Shown here in pieces: positions 10,247-21,110 of a stretch of DNA of 64,000 nt (position 1 is its first letter; every line of letters begins with the position of its first letter). The notes under the pieces were generated by a model. It did not search any database. It worked only from the letters and a program-made list of their open reading frames with translations, and was not told the origin of the DNA. The stretch lies in contig CABZAV010000002.1 of NCBI GenBank assembly GCA_902523885.1, positions 4,923-68,922 on the forward strand, written 5' to 3'. A program made the translations under genes and the position numbers. Source of the stretch: an uncultured SAR86 cluster bacterium. GTDB taxonomy: Bacteria; Pseudomonadota; Gammaproteobacteria; Magnimaribacterales; AG-339-G14.

Positions 10247-13189
10247 ATGCATAGAATTTTAGGACATCAAAAATCTCTAGTAATTTGTGAGAATCAATTT
10301 TTTTTAAATGATTTTGCTAACTTTTTAGAAGATAAGAAAATTAATGATTATTTTATTTTAAATGACCTAGAAGTTTTGCCTTATGATCTTTTTTCACCTC
10401 ATCCAGAAAAATTATCTTCGCGTCTTGAAACAATGGCAAAAATTACAAGTGAAGATAAAATTATTGTTCTTGCGACCATAAATTCACTCATTCAACCTTA
10501 TTTTGATAAGAATTCCTTTAATAGCTTTTCATATGAATTTAGCGAAGGAGATTTGTTAGATAGAAATCATCTTATAAATTCATTATCAAAATCTGGCTAT
10601 AAAGTATCCGAAATAGTATCTGAGCGATCTGAATATGCTATCAGAGGCTCTGTCATAGATATTTTTCCTGCCAACTCTAATTTTCCTCTTAGAATTGACC
10701 TTGATGACGAAATGATAGAATCCATTAGAATTTTCGACAGAGATTCTCAGATGTCATTTCAAACGATCAATAAATACAAATGTAGGCCCAGCAAAGGTTT
10801 TGAATTGGATAAAGAAGCAATAGCGTTATTTAAGAAAAATTGGCGAAGAGAGTTTAATGAAGATGGAGATTTTTTTGATCAAGTATCTAAAGGCAAATTT
10901 CCTGAAGGAATTGAATCTTACTTTCCATTGTTTTATGAAAAAAAGCCCGCATTCGGAGATTTTTTTTCACTTTTCTCTATTTTCTCCTACGGAAAAGTAG
11001 ATACTGGTGCAGAAAAATATTGGGAATTAATAAATAGAAGGTTTGAAGATTTTATTTCAGATAAAGATCGTCCTCCTCTCAAACCTAAGTTCTTATACAA
11101 CGACCCAGCAGAAATTTTAAAAAATCATGAAATTTTACCTGTCAAAAAAGAAATTGAGACAACTAGTGGAGTTTTTAAAGAAGCTGAATCAGAGAAGAAT
11201 TTAAATCAAAATCAAAATCAAACCACCATTGATGATTTCCACGAATTTACAATCGATAAAAGAATAGTTCACTCTAACTATGGTATTGGAATTTATAAAG
11301 GTCTAAAAAATCTTAATAATACTGAGTGTTTTGTTATTGAATATGAGGGTGAAGAAATTTTATATATCCCGGTTGATTCAATAAATGTTTTGACTCCATA
11401 TGTTGGAAACCAAGATATTAAACTTGATTCACTAAGTAAAAATAATTGGAAGCTTAAAAAAGAAAAATCTGAGAAAAGGGCCTATGATATAGCTACTGAA
11501 TTACTTGAAGCTGAAGCAAAAAGAAAAATTGAGAAATCAGAACAATTAATTATCCCTGATCAAGACAAGTATCAAGCTTTTAAAGATGGTTTTGGATTCT
11601 CAGAGACGCCAGATCAAGCGATTACAATTTCTCAAGTTATAGACGATCTATCTATATCGAAACCTCAAGATCGTTTAATTTGTGGAGAAGTTGGATTTGG
11701 AAAAACTGAAATTGCATTAAGAGCATCTTACATTTGTTCAGAAAATTTAAAGCAAGTTTGTATTCTTGCCCCAACAACTCTTTTAGCCAAACAACACTAT
11801 GAGTTATTTAAAGAAAGATTCAAAAATTTCAATGTCAAAGTTGATTTTTTATCTAGAGAAAGAAGTCAAAAAGAAAAGAAAATAATTATTGATGAATTAA
11901 AAAGTGGCGACATCTCTATTATTATCGGTACTCATTCTCTGCTAGGTGATTCTATAACTTTTGCTGATCTTGGGTTGTTAGTTATTGATGAAGAACATAG
12001 GTTTGGAGTGAGACAAAAAGAAAAATTAAGAAATTTAAAAAAAGGGGTAAATGTGATCTATCTTTCCGCAACTCCAATTCCTAGATCACTAAATTTGGCT
12101 TTATCTAAAGTCAGAGATATTTCCATCATTTCATCTCCTCCTCCAGGAAGGAAAACAGTGGAAACAATAGTTTCTAGGTATTCAAATGCATTGATAAAAG
12201 AAGCCCTTGAAAGAGAATTTCATAGATCAGGACAATCTTTTTACTTACTCAATAGCGTCTCTAACTTGAACTTTAAAGTTGAGGAAATTAGAAAAATACT
12301 TCCTGATGCAATCGTTTCATTGGCTCATGGTCAAATGTCGCCCAAAGATCTAAAAGAAATCATGATCAAATTCCACAATAAAGAAATAGATATCCTGGTT
12401 TGTACGACCATCATAGAGAGCGGCCTAGACATTCCTAACGCAAATACTTTAATAGTTGAAAGTGCTGAGAACTTTGGATTGTCTCAGCTCCATCAAATAA
12501 GAGGGAGAGTCGGAAGATCAAAAAGGCAAGCATATGCATATTTTTTAACTTCAAAAGATAAAAATCTTTCAAAAAACGCTGTTTCAAGAATTGATGCTCT
12601 TAAATTTGGAGACTCTCTTAATTCGGGTTTTAACCTAGCAATGAGAGATCTTGAAATTAGAGGAGCAGGAGAATTATTAGGAGAAAAACAAAGTGGAATA
12701 ATTGATTTTGTTGGCTTAACTCTTTTTACTTCTTTGATTGATAAATCAATAAAACTTCTTGAAGGAAATCTTGAAACCAGTCATGATGAAATTGAAATTA
12801 AGTTAGGAGTTAATGGTTATATCACAGAGGAATCGATCCCCCAACCTGAAGTAAGATTATCTCTCTACAAAAAAATGACTTCGTTCAAAGAGGAAAATGA
12901 TTTATTTGAGTTAAAAAAGGAATTAGAAGATAGATTTGGAAAACTTCCCGAAGAAACAGAAAATTTAATAAAAGTTGCAAGAATAAGAATCTTGAGCAGC
13001 AAGCTATCAATTTATAAGATTTTGTCAGAACAAGATCGAATCTTTCTTTTCTTGAATTCTAAAAGTCCTTTGAAACCAAAAGATTCTAAGCTAGAAAAAA
13101 TATTTCTTAACTATTCAACTAAAGAAGTAGATAAAATAGATTTTGTCTTAAATAAACTAGTTTCTTTTAATGAACAAAATAAATCTTAA
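10247..13189 (+). CDS. mfd: Transcription-repair coupling factor Mfd (compact, 980 aa)
   Basis: RNAP-interacting motif IVHSNYGIGIYKGL, helicase motifs GEVGFGKTE, DEEH, TATPIPR and QLHQIRGRVGR, and the TRG motif region. Confidence 0.95.
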   Translation: MHRILGHQKSLVICENQFFLNDFANFLEDKKINDYFILNDLEVLPYDLFSPHPEKLSSRLETMAKITSEDKIIVLATINSLIQPYFDKNSFNSFSYEFSEGDLLDRNHLINSLSKSGYKVSEIVSERSEYAIRGSVIDIFPANSNFPLRIDLDDEMIESIRIFDRDSQMSFQTINKYKCRPSKGFELDKEAIALFKKNWRREFNEDGDFFDQVSKGKFPEGIESYFPLFYEKKPAFGDFFSLFSIFSYGKVDTGAEKYWELINRRFEDFISDKDRPPLKPKFLYNDPAEILKNHEILPVKKEIETTSGVFKEAESEKNLNQNQNQTTIDDFHEFTIDKRIVHSNYGIGIYKGLKNLNNTECFVIEYEGEEILYIPVDSINVLTPYVGNQDIKLDSLSKNNWKLKKEKSEKRAYDIATELLEAEAKRKIEKSEQLIIPDQDKYQAFKDGFGFSETPDQAITISQVIDDLSISKPQDRLICGEVGFGKTEIALRASYICSENLKQVCILAPTTLLAKQHYELFKERFKNFNVKVDFLSRERSQKEKKIIIDELKSGDISIIIGTHSLLGDSITFADLGLLVIDEEHRFGVRQKEKLRNLKKGVNVIYLSATPIPRSLNLALSKVRDISIISSPPPGRKTVETIVSRYSNALIKEALEREFHRSGQSFYLLNSVSNLNFKVEEIRKILPDAIVSLAHGQMSPKDLKEIMIKFHNKEIDILVCTTIIESGLDIPNANTLIVESAENFGLSQLHQIRGRVGRSKRQAYAYFLTSKDKNLSKNAVSRIDALKFGDSLNSGFNLAMRDLEIRGAGELLGEKQSGIIDFVGLTLFTSLIDKSIKLLEGNLETSHDEIEIKLGVNGYITEESIPQPEVRLSLYKKMTSFKEENDLFELKKELEDRFGKLPEETENLIKVARIRILSSKLSIYKILSEQDRIFLFLNSKSPLKPKDSKLEKIFLNYSTKEVDKIDFVLNKLVSFNEQNKS

Positions 13190-13976
13190 TTTACTTTTTA
13201 TTTTCAGCTCTATTCTTTTTTCGAGTTTCACTTTTTCAGATGAGAGTATTTATAGAATCGACTATATTATTTTTAAGTTTTTACCAAACATTGATTCCAA
13301 AGAAAAATTTAAAACTCCTGAAATAACTTTTTCTGATGAGTTAATAAATATCACCGACTTAAAATATCCAGAATTTAATAAACCAGATTCTTTAAATAAT
13401 AATTTACCTTATCAGAATTTATTTCAGGATATTTCAATTTCAAGAGTAATAAACCAATCAAATCTTCAGCAAGAAAGCACTGAAGACCAAGTTCGAATGT
13501 CTAAAAATCAAGTTTTTTTTCAAAATGATTCTGGCGTCGACTTTGCAATGGAAGAGATTGTTCAGACATTAAAAAGAAGCAAAAATTACAGAGTAATTGA
13601 CCAGAATTCATGGTTTCAAGAAATAAAAGATCAGTCTCAAGCGCCAGCAGTTTTAATTAAAACCAAAATAGATGATGGAGATATTGTTGTCGGAGAAATC
13701 AAAGCTTATAAAAAAAGATTTTTACACCTAGATGCAAATCTTTATTTTGCTGAAGAATCTATAGACCCTGCTTCATTTGAAAAAATAGTTATATTAAAAG
13801 AGCAATTCAAGAAAGGAGAATTTGTAATTAATAAAATTAATCTTTTTGAAAATGAAGAATTAGAATTTTTGTATCAAATTAACCATTCTAGGAAGGTAAG
13901 ATCTAAAGAACTGCATTACATAGACCATCCAAAATTCGGTGTTATTTTTCAGATATCGCCAACTAAGAATATATAG
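13170..13976 (+). CDS. Secreted protein, possibly CsiV-family periplasmic peptidoglycan-binding protein
   Basis: Signal peptide, YRIDYIIF near the N-terminus and HYIDHPKFGVIFQISP at the C-terminus. It sits immediately after mfd. The family assignment is from memory only. Confidence 0.4.
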   Translation: MNKINLNLLFIFSSILFSSFTFSDESIYRIDYIIFKFLPNIDSKEKFKTPEITFSDELINITDLKYPEFNKPDSLNNNLPYQNLFQDISISRVINQSNLQQESTEDQVRMSKNQVFFQNDSGVDFAMEEIVQTLKRSKNYRVIDQNSWFQEIKDQSQAPAVLIKTKIDDGDIVVGEIKAYKKRFLHLDANLYFAEESIDPASFEKIVILKEQFKKGEFVINKINLFENEELEFLYQINHSRKVRSKELHYIDHPKFGVIFQISPTKNI

Positions 13977-15378
13977 ATTTCTTTTCTTTGTAGTGATCGA
14001 GAAGTTTTTCTAAAATTTCTACATCCTCTTCTGAATTTTCCTCAGTTAGGGACGCTTCAGCTTCTATAATGGCCTGATCTAAAGTTTGTCCTCGATCCTT
14101 AAGCCAAGGCCCTTTTGAAAAAAGTCTTGTCTTAACAAAAGACTCAAATCTACCAATCATTTCTTTAGAAGCAAATTCTGGTTTTTGATAACAAACAATC
14201 CTCTCAGCTAATTCTCGATATCTTTCATCTTCAAAGCCCTCAATCAATTTAGCTTTTTCAGCCCATGGCGCTAATTCAAACCTTTCCCTCCATAATTTAT
14301 CAGCCTCCGAAGGAAAGCCATCATAGATCCTTTGCTCAACAATTTCTTGTGCTGGCCAATTAAATTGAGTTTCTCCTAAGACATTAGAAATTCTTTCTTG
14401 AAAATCTATGTTTTCTTTTACTAACATTGCCCTTTCTTCTAATTGCTTTTCTGGGACGTCTAAAAATTTAGACAGATTAGGTATGTTTTTTGCATTAATA
14501 ATAGGAATAGTTTTGTTGATTGCTATCTTTTTAAATGCACCTGATCTACCAAATTGCCCCTTTAGTTCACTGTCTTTCATTTCAAAAAGCTCCTTAGGAT
14601 CAAAATACAGATCAAGAAGAATTATTTCATTTTTGTTATTGGGATTTTGACCACATGGCACAACAGGATAGGTAAATTTTTTACCGCCATACAACTCTCC
14701 TTGCATGCAAAAAGGTTCTGAATTAAGTAGTTTCATACAGCCTTCTTTAGATGATGCTGATACTGCAGAAGACCAAACTTCAGGAATCTTTTTTTTAATA
14801 ACTCTTAGGAGGTTAATCATTAAATAACAGTCAACTACAGCATCATGAGCATTTTGAGCAGAAATTCCATTCTCTTCTGCAAGCAGTTCTAACTTATATT
14901 TTATTTTTCCTTCATCATCCGTTGGAAAAAGAATTTGATCGGAATAAAAATTAGCGATTATCATCATCACCACCATTAAATCTATTCGACTAGCGCCATT
15001 TGTGTTGGTCATATAGGGGTCATAGAGATTCCAATAAAATTGTCTTCGAAATAACTCTTCATCAAATTTCATTCCATTGTAAGTTATATGAATTAAATTC
15101 TTTTCTTTGCTCCATAGTGACCATTTATCTTTTAAAGTTGTCATCATATCAAGATGAGACATATTGCTATTTAAGCTATCTAGTTGTTTATGGACTTTAT
15201 ATGCTCCTACTGTAGGAACAACCCAAGGCAAAACCTTTGAAGAAATATCCAATTCTTCTAAAACTTCAAAGTTTTCATCACTTAGAACAGATCCAATTTG
15301 AATAATTTGGGAAAACCAAGTATTCAAACCAGTGGTTTCCGTATCGTTAAATACGTAGAGTTTATTTTCGTCACTCAT
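13963..15378 (-). CDS. sbcB: Exodeoxyribonuclease I
   Basis: DEDD exonuclease motifs FNDTETTGL and HDAVVDCY. Length (471 aa) and C-terminal domains resemble E. coli ExoI. Confidence 0.85.
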   Translation of the reverse strand: MSDENKLYVFNDTETTGLNTWFSQIIQIGSVLSDENFEVLEELDISSKVLPWVVPTVGAYKVHKQLDSLNSNMSHLDMMTTLKDKWSLWSKEKNLIHITYNGMKFDEELFRRQFYWNLYDPYMTNTNGASRIDLMVVMMIIANFYSDQILFPTDDEGKIKYKLELLAEENGISAQNAHDAVVDCYLMINLLRVIKKKIPEVWSSAVSASSKEGCMKLLNSEPFCMQGELYGGKKFTYPVVPCGQNPNNKNEIILLDLYFDPKELFEMKDSELKGQFGRSGAFKKIAINKTIPIINAKNIPNLSKFLDVPEKQLEERAMLVKENIDFQERISNVLGETQFNWPAQEIVEQRIYDGFPSEADKLWRERFELAPWAEKAKLIEGFEDERYRELAERIVCYQKPEFASKEMIGRFESFVKTRLFSKGPWLKDRGQTLDQAIIEAEASLTEENSEEDVEILEKLLDHYKEKKSIYS

Positions 15379-15426
15379 TAATTTAATTATATTAAATAAT
15401 TACGACAGATAGTGTCCAATGAAAGA

Positions 15427-16014
15427 CTATTTATAGTAAGCGTTTTCTCTTTGAGAGTGATCTGTAGAGTCGACTATTTCGGTTAATTCAGGAATATTAT
15501 CTTTGAGAGTTTTTTCTACACCATCTCTGAGCGTTAAATCAACCATGCCACAACCTTGGCATCCACCACCGAACTTTAAGACTGCTTTAGAATTTTCAAT
15601 TACCTCGACTAAGTGGACTTCTCCTCCGTGCGAAGCCAAAGAAGGATTTACCTCGCTGTATAGATAGTAATTTATTTTATCTTCAATGGAACTATCTTCT
15701 TTAAGATTTGGTGTCTTTGCGTTTGGCGCTCTGATTGTTAACTGACCCCCAAACTTATCGGGATTGTAATCAACTTTAGTATCCTCTAAAAAAGGTAAGC
15801 TTAGGTTTTCTAAATAAACTTTAATTTTTTTTAATTCTAAAAGTTTGTCGTCTTTTTCCTGCTCCCCTTCTTTGCAATAAACTATGCAAGTTTCTGCAGA
15901 AGGCATTCCGGGATCTGTTACAAAAATTTTAATATTTATGTTATTTTCATCTTGCTTAGAAAGTAAGTCAGCTAAATAATCTTCAGCTGATTCAGAGATA
16001 AAAATATTTGGCAA
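15427..16014 (-). CDS. nfuA: Fe-S cluster biogenesis protein NfuA (TTG start)
   Basis: Similar to E. coli NfuA end to end, including LTIRAPNAK and GGCQGCGMVDLTL. Confidence 0.9.
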   Translation of the reverse strand: MPNIFISESAEDYLADLLSKQDENNINIKIFVTDPGMPSAETCIVYCKEGEQEKDDKLLELKKIKVYLENLSLPFLEDTKVDYNPDKFGGQLTIRAPNAKTPNLKEDSSIEDKINYYLYSEVNPSLASHGGEVHLVEVIENSKAVLKFGGGCQGCGMVDLTLRDGVEKTLKDNIPELTEIVDSTDHSQRENAYYK

Positions 16015-16016
16015 AC

Positions 16017-16946
16017 TTATATTTTTGATTCTAACTCCGGCATCGCTTCAAATAAATCAGCAACCAATCCATAATCAGCAACTTGAAATATGGGTGCGTC
16101 CTCATCTTTATTGATTGCTACAATAACCTTACTGTCTTTCATGCCAGCAAGATGTTGAATTGCCCCTGAAATTCCTACAGCTATGTATAAATCTGGAGCA
16201 ACAATTTTTCCAGTTTGTCCTACTTGATAATCATTTGGCACAAATCCAGAATCGACAGCAGCCCTTGAGGCGCCTATAGCCGCTCCTAATTTATCAGCGA
16301 TACCTTCTAAAATAGAAAAATTATCTCCGTTTTGCATGCCTCGTCCTCCTGAAATAATGACATCCGCTGCCGTTAACTCAGGCCTGTCTGATTCAGCGAT
16401 TTCTTCTTTGACAAATTTTGAAATGCCTGCATCATTAATCTCCTCTAAAGTAATTATCTCTGCACTACCGCCGGTTGCATCTGCTGCATCAAAAGCAGTG
16501 TTTCTGACAGTTATAATCTTTTTAGAATCACTGCTTTTAACAGTAGCAATACAATTTCCAGCATAAATCGGTCTCTGGAAGGTATCAGAACTTTCTATCG
16601 CAGAAATATCTGAAATTTGACTAACGTCTTGAAGAGCAGCGACTCTTGGCATCACATTTTTACCATTAGTTGTGGTTGGCGCAAGGATAAAGTCATAATC
16701 GCCTGAAATGTTAGACACCAATGTAGCGATGTTTTCAGCTAGGAAGTTCTCGTAAGCCCCAGATTCGACTAAAAGCACTTTGGCTGCTCCAGAAACCTTG
16801 GCAGCTTCTTCAGCCACAGCTGAACAAGCATTTCCTGCAATTAATATATGGACATCTTGATCTAGTCCTAAGGCCGCCGTAACTGTATTTAAAGTAACTG
16901 GTTTGAGTTCTTGGTTGTTATGTTCTGCTACTACTAATGCTGTCAT
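16017..16946 (-). CDS. etfA: Electron transfer flavoprotein alpha subunit
   Basis: 309 aa with the FAD-binding region [19 protein letters not shown]. Confidence 0.95.
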   Translation of the reverse strand: MTALVVAEHNNQELKPVTLNTVTAALGLDQDVHILIAGNACSAVAEEAAKVSGAAKVLLVESGAYENFLAENIATLVSNISGDYDFILAPTTTNGKNVMPRVAALQDVSQISDISAIESSDTFQRPIYAGNCIATVKSSDSKKIITVRNTAFDAADATGGSAEIITLEEINDAGISKFVKEEIAESDRPELTAADVIISGGRGMQNGDNFSILEGIADKLGAAIGASRAAVDSGFVPNDYQVGQTGKIVAPDLYIAVGISGAIQHLAGMKDSKVIVAINKDEDAPIFQVADYGLVADLFEAMPELESKI

Positions 16947-17695
16947 GAAATCACCTTTGCTTCGTTTTTAAGTTTATCTATTAATTCGTCGACTGTTTCA
17001 ACAATAACTCCAGCTTCTCTTTCAGCCGGTAAAGTTACTTTTATAGTTTCAAGCCTTGGAGAAATATCCACTCCGAGGTCTACTGCAGGAATAATATCTA
17101 GTGGCTTAGATTTTGCTTTCATAATATTAGGTAGAGACGCATATCTTGGCTCATTTAATCTTAAGTCAGTTGTGACAATTGCTGGCAAATTTATATCTAA
17201 AGTTTGTAAACCTCCATCAATTTCTCTGGTTACAGAAAGACTGTCACCCTCTAAATTTACTTCAGAAGCAAATGTTGCTTGGGAAAAGCCAGTCAAGGCA
17301 CCAAGCATCTGCCCAGTTTGGTTATTGTCACCATCTATCGCTTGTTTTCCTAAAATAATAAGATCAGGAGATTCTTTATCAACAATGGATTTTAGTAATT
17401 TGGAAATTCCTAGGGGTTCAGCTTCAACTTCAGTTTCGACTAAGATGGCTCTATCGGCTCCTAAAGCAAGAGCCGTTCTAAGTTGTTCTTGAGACGAGCT
17501 AGCTCCAATAGTAACAGCAATAATTTCTTCTGCTTTTCCAGCTTCTTTTAGTCTTACCGCCTCTTCGACAGCAATTTCACAAAATGGATTCATAGCCATT
17601 TTTACATTATTTAGATCTACTCCAGTTTCGTCTGATTTAGGTCTAACTTTAACGTTGTAATCTACAACTCTTTTAATTGGTACTAAGATTTTCAT
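16943..17695 (-). CDS. etfB: Electron transfer flavoprotein beta subunit
   Basis: 250 aa starting [16 protein letters not shown]. 4-nt overlap with etfA. Confidence 0.95.
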   Translation of the reverse strand: MKILVPIKRVVDYNVKVRPKSDETGVDLNNVKMAMNPFCEIAVEEAVRLKEAGKAEEIIAVTIGASSSQEQLRTALALGADRAILVETEVEAEPLGISKLLKSIVDKESPDLIILGKQAIDGDNNQTGQMLGALTGFSQATFASEVNLEGDSLSVTREIDGGLQTLDINLPAIVTTDLRLNEPRYASLPNIMKAKSKPLDIIPAVDLGVDISPRLETIKVTLPAEREAGVIVETVDELIDKLKNEAKVIS

Positions 17696-17876
17696 AAAAT
17701 TAATGATTTACTGGTTCTGAATGAGAACATTTTAATTGATATCAGTTATCCAAGCAAAGACTTGAAGGCATAAGTTTATATGAATATTTGAAAAAAGTTA
17801 TTAAAAGAAGCATTTTTTTATGCTTATTTGCTATAAAACAACTTGATTTTAGGTTTTTAAACTACAATATAAACAA

Positions 17877-19541
17877 ATGGAAGTTACTACTGAAGAAGTG
17901 TCAAGAGACGTTATGGAATATGACGTCGTTATTGTTGGTGCAGGACCATCTGGTCTTTCCTCAGCCATAAGATTAAAACAGCTGGCAGCAGAAAATAATT
18001 CTGATTTGAGTGTTTGCGTCATTGAAAAAGGTTCTGAAGTTGGAGCTCATATTTTATCTGGTAATTGTTTCGAGCCGAGAGCTTTAAACGAATTAATTCC
18101 TGACTGGAAAGAAAAAGGTGCACCTCTTAATAGCCCTGCTAAAAAAGATGTAATCAAGGTTCTCTTGAATGAAAAACTATCATTCAATGTCCCTTTCCCT
18201 TCCTTTTTCCTCCCAAATTTTAATAATCATGGAAACTACGTTATGAGCTTGGCTAACCTTTGCCGATGGCTTGCAACACAAGCCGAAGGTCTAGGTGTTG
18301 AAATATTTCCAGGTTTTACTGCTTCTGAAGTTATTTTTGAAGATAACATTGTCAAAGGAATTCTTACCGGAGAGATGGGAATTTCCAAAGAAGGTGAGAA
18401 AAAAGCTTCTTATCAGCCATCAATGGAGTTAAGAGGAAAATACACAATTTTTGCAGAAGGTTGCCGCGGACATTTAGGAAAGCAACTCATTTCAAAATAC
18501 GAATTAGATGCTGAAAGTGACCCTCAACATTACGGCATTGGTTTCAAAGAAGTTTGGGATGTGCCTGAGGAATTGCATTCTGAGGGAACAGTCATGCACA
18601 CTTTAGGTTGGCCTAGTATGGAATCTGGAGCGGGCTCTTATTTTTACCACGGTGAAAATAATCAGGTTTACTTAGGAATTGTAGTTCCACTGGACTATTC
18701 AAATCCTCATTTAAGTCCGTTTGATGAATTTCAACAATGGAAACAACACAAGGACATCAAGAATATATTAGAAAAAGGTACTAGAGTTGCTTATGGGGCT
18801 AGAGCTCTTACTAAGGGTGGATATAGCTCCAGACCTAAAATGACTTTTCCAGGTGGGCTTTTAGTAGGTTGTGACGCTGGTTTAATGGTTTTCACCAAAA
18901 TCAAGGGATCTCATACTGCTATGAAATCGGGCATGCTTGCTGCTGAGTCAACTTTTGAAGCTATTTCTGAAAATAAAGTAGGTGGAGATTTACTGGATTT
19001 CGAAGAAAAATTTCAAGCATCATGGATACAAAATGATTTATATAAATCAAGGAACATGGGAGCTCTAATTCATAAATATGGAATTGCCCTAGGTGGATTG
19101 ATATTGGGGATAGAACAATTTCTTTTCAGAGGAAAAATGCCTTTTACTTGGAGACATAAAACTCCTGATTATGCTTGTATGAAAAAAGCTACAGAAGCAG
19201 AAAAAATAGATTATCCTAAACCGGATGGCGTCGTTAGTTTTGATAAGCTTTCATCAGTTTTTTTATCAAATACAAATCACGAAGAAGATCAACCTTGTCA
19301 CTTGACTCTTAAAGATGCATCTATTCCGATTGCAGTTAACTTGCCGCAATATGATGAGCCAGCACAAAGATATTGTCCTGCTGGAGTTTATGAAGTCATA
19401 GAAAAAGAAGGTGAGAAAAAGTTTCAGATCAATGCTCAAAACTGCGTGCATTGTAAAACTTGTGACATTAAAGATCCGAGTCAAAATATAGTTTGGGTAA
19501 CTCCTGAAGGAATGGGTGGCCCTAATTATCCGAACATGTAA
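17877..19541 (+). CDS. Electron transfer flavoprotein-ubiquinone oxidoreductase (ETF-QO)
   Basis: FAD motif VVIVGAGPSGLS and C-terminal 4Fe-4S region CPAGVYE...CVHCKTCDIKDP. Divergent from etfBA. Confidence 0.95.
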   Translation: MEVTTEEVSRDVMEYDVVIVGAGPSGLSSAIRLKQLAAENNSDLSVCVIEKGSEVGAHILSGNCFEPRALNELIPDWKEKGAPLNSPAKKDVIKVLLNEKLSFNVPFPSFFLPNFNNHGNYVMSLANLCRWLATQAEGLGVEIFPGFTASEVIFEDNIVKGILTGEMGISKEGEKKASYQPSMELRGKYTIFAEGCRGHLGKQLISKYELDAESDPQHYGIGFKEVWDVPEELHSEGTVMHTLGWPSMESGAGSYFYHGENNQVYLGIVVPLDYSNPHLSPFDEFQQWKQHKDIKNILEKGTRVAYGARALTKGGYSSRPKMTFPGGLLVGCDAGLMVFTKIKGSHTAMKSGMLAAESTFEAISENKVGGDLLDFEEKFQASWIQNDLYKSRNMGALIHKYGIALGGLILGIEQFLFRGKMPFTWRHKTPDYACMKKATEAEKIDYPKPDGVVSFDKLSSVFLSNTNHEEDQPCHLTLKDASIPIAVNLPQYDEPAQRYCPAGVYEVIEKEGEKKFQINAQNCVHCKTCDIKDPSQNIVWVTPEGMGGPNYPNM

Positions 19542-19551
19542 CTATAATAAT

Positions 19552-20130
19552 TTATTCTATTTTCCCTAAAGAAAAATTTATCCCTGAGCTTTCTATAATT
19601 AATTCCTTTGAGCTCCTGTCTAATGCTGCTTCCTGAACCAATTGGTAAAAAACATTTCTTGAAATCAATCCTTCTAAATTTTTCCTAACCAGAAGATAAG
19701 GAGAAGGCTCATTAGTAGCTTCGGAAAACTCTATTCTTAATGGGTGAGCAGAATTCAAAGGTACAACATCGCCAACATTGGTTTGAAAAAAGAAAGTTTC
19801 CTGATCGTCGATTATTTCCTTATCATAAGTAACTATAACAAATGGTTTATCGGCGACTTCTATTTTAATTTTTTCAACTGGAGTAACTAAGTAATAAAAA
19901 CCATCCTCATCTAGCCTTAAAACTGAGCTAAATAGTTTAACCATTTTTTCTCTTCCGATTAGAGAGCCCATAAAAAACCATTTACCATCCTTTGAAATTT
20001 TCATTTCCACATTTTCACAAAGTGGTGGATTCCATTTATCTACAGGAGGCAATTCTCCAGATGTTTCTTGAGCCTCTAGAATATCTTTAAGTATGCTTGC
20101 AGTATTAACTTCTCTATTCATCGTTAGCAA
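19552..20130 (-). CDS. Conserved hypothetical protein (DUF1285-like, tentative)
   Basis: 192-aa soluble protein. The family was recalled from the PPVDKWNPP / DGKWF / YYLVTPVE pattern and is unverified. Confidence 0.45.
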   Translation of the reverse strand: MLTMNREVNTASILKDILEAQETSGELPPVDKWNPPLCENVEMKISKDGKWFFMGSLIGREKMVKLFSSVLRLDEDGFYYLVTPVEKIKIEVADKPFVIVTYDKEIIDDQETFFFQTNVGDVVPLNSAHPLRIEFSEATNEPSPYLLVRKNLEGLISRNVFYQLVQEAALDRSSKELIIESSGINFSLGKIE

Positions 20131-21110
20131 AGTATTGAAGGTTCATATTCCAAAATAATTCCAAACTTATCTTTTATTATATCTATTACCTCTGAAGAAT
20201 AAGACAAAAGAAAATCTGAAGTTTCAGAATAATTATAAAAAACAAGGGCATGTTTGTTGTGTATACCACAATCTTCTTTTTTCGAATCCTTTAAACCCGC
20301 ATTTTCTATCAACCAAGCTGCCGAAACTTTGAAATTTTTATCTTCAAATAAATAGTATTTAATATCGGGAAAATCAAGAACTAATCTTCTGAGATGAGTT
20401 TCTGAGATTATTGGATTTTTAAAAAAGCTCCCTACGTTAGGAATTTTTTTATGATCGGGTAATTTTTGAGATCGAATATTTAAAATATTTTTCCTCTGTT
20501 CTTTGGCGTTCTTAACTATTTTTGGCAAGGCCTCATAATGTGTATTAGGTTTAAATTCTTGGCTTAGATCAAGACAAATTTTTGTTACCATCAAATGAGG
20601 ATTGTCTTTAAAGATACTATCTCGATATGAAAAGTTACAAGCTTTGTTAGAAAATACCTCGAAACAACCTTTATCAAAATTAAAAGTTTCTACATAATTC
20701 ACAAAATTTGAAATTTCAGATCCGTATGCGCCAATGTTTTGAATTGGTGAGGCTCCTACAGAACCAGGAATACCTGATAAATTTTCTAACCCATATAGAT
20801 TTTCATTTAATGACTTAGATACTATGTCGTCCCAAATTTCTCCTGCGCCGACTATTATAGAATTTTCATTGACTGAAAATCCTTTTAAATTATTTTTAAT
20901 AACCAGTCCTTTCAAATTATTTTTTAAAATGACATTGGTCCCGTCTCCAAAAATCCAATATTTAATTTTTTTTTCTTCTAGAAAGTCGTAAATTAAGAAA
21001 AGATCTTTTGCGGAGTTACAAGATACAAAGTAGTCAGAGGCATAATTCAACTTAAGCGAATTATTTTTTTTTAAACTATGATTTATCTTAAAATTTTTTG
21101 GCAATTTCAT
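20124..21110 (-). CDS. murB: UDP-N-acetylenolpyruvoylglucosamine reductase
   Basis: GDGTNVIL, GIPGSVGASPIQNIGAYG and VGSFFKNP motifs. Confidence 0.9.
   Translation of the reverse strand: MKLPKNFKINHSLKKNNSLKLNYASDYFVSCNSAKDLFLIYDFLEEKKIKYWIFGDGTNVILKNNLKGLVIKNNLKGFSVNENSIIVGAGEIWDDIVSKSLNENLYGLENLSGIPGSVGASPIQNIGAYGSEISNFVNYVETFNFDKGCFEVFSNKACNFSYRDSIFKDNPHLMVTKICLDLSQEFKPNTHYEALPKIVKNAKEQRKNILNIRSQKLPDHKKIPNVGSFFKNPIISETHLRRLVLDFPDIKYYLFEDKNFKVSAAWLIENAGLKDSKKEDCGIHNKHALVFYNYSETSDFLLSYSSEVIDIIKDKFGIILEYEPSILC

Noticed and set aside
17788-17970. 60-aa ORF overlapping the ETF-QO start.
   Set aside because: It is out of frame with, and overlaps, a strongly supported CDS. It lies in the divergent promoter region.
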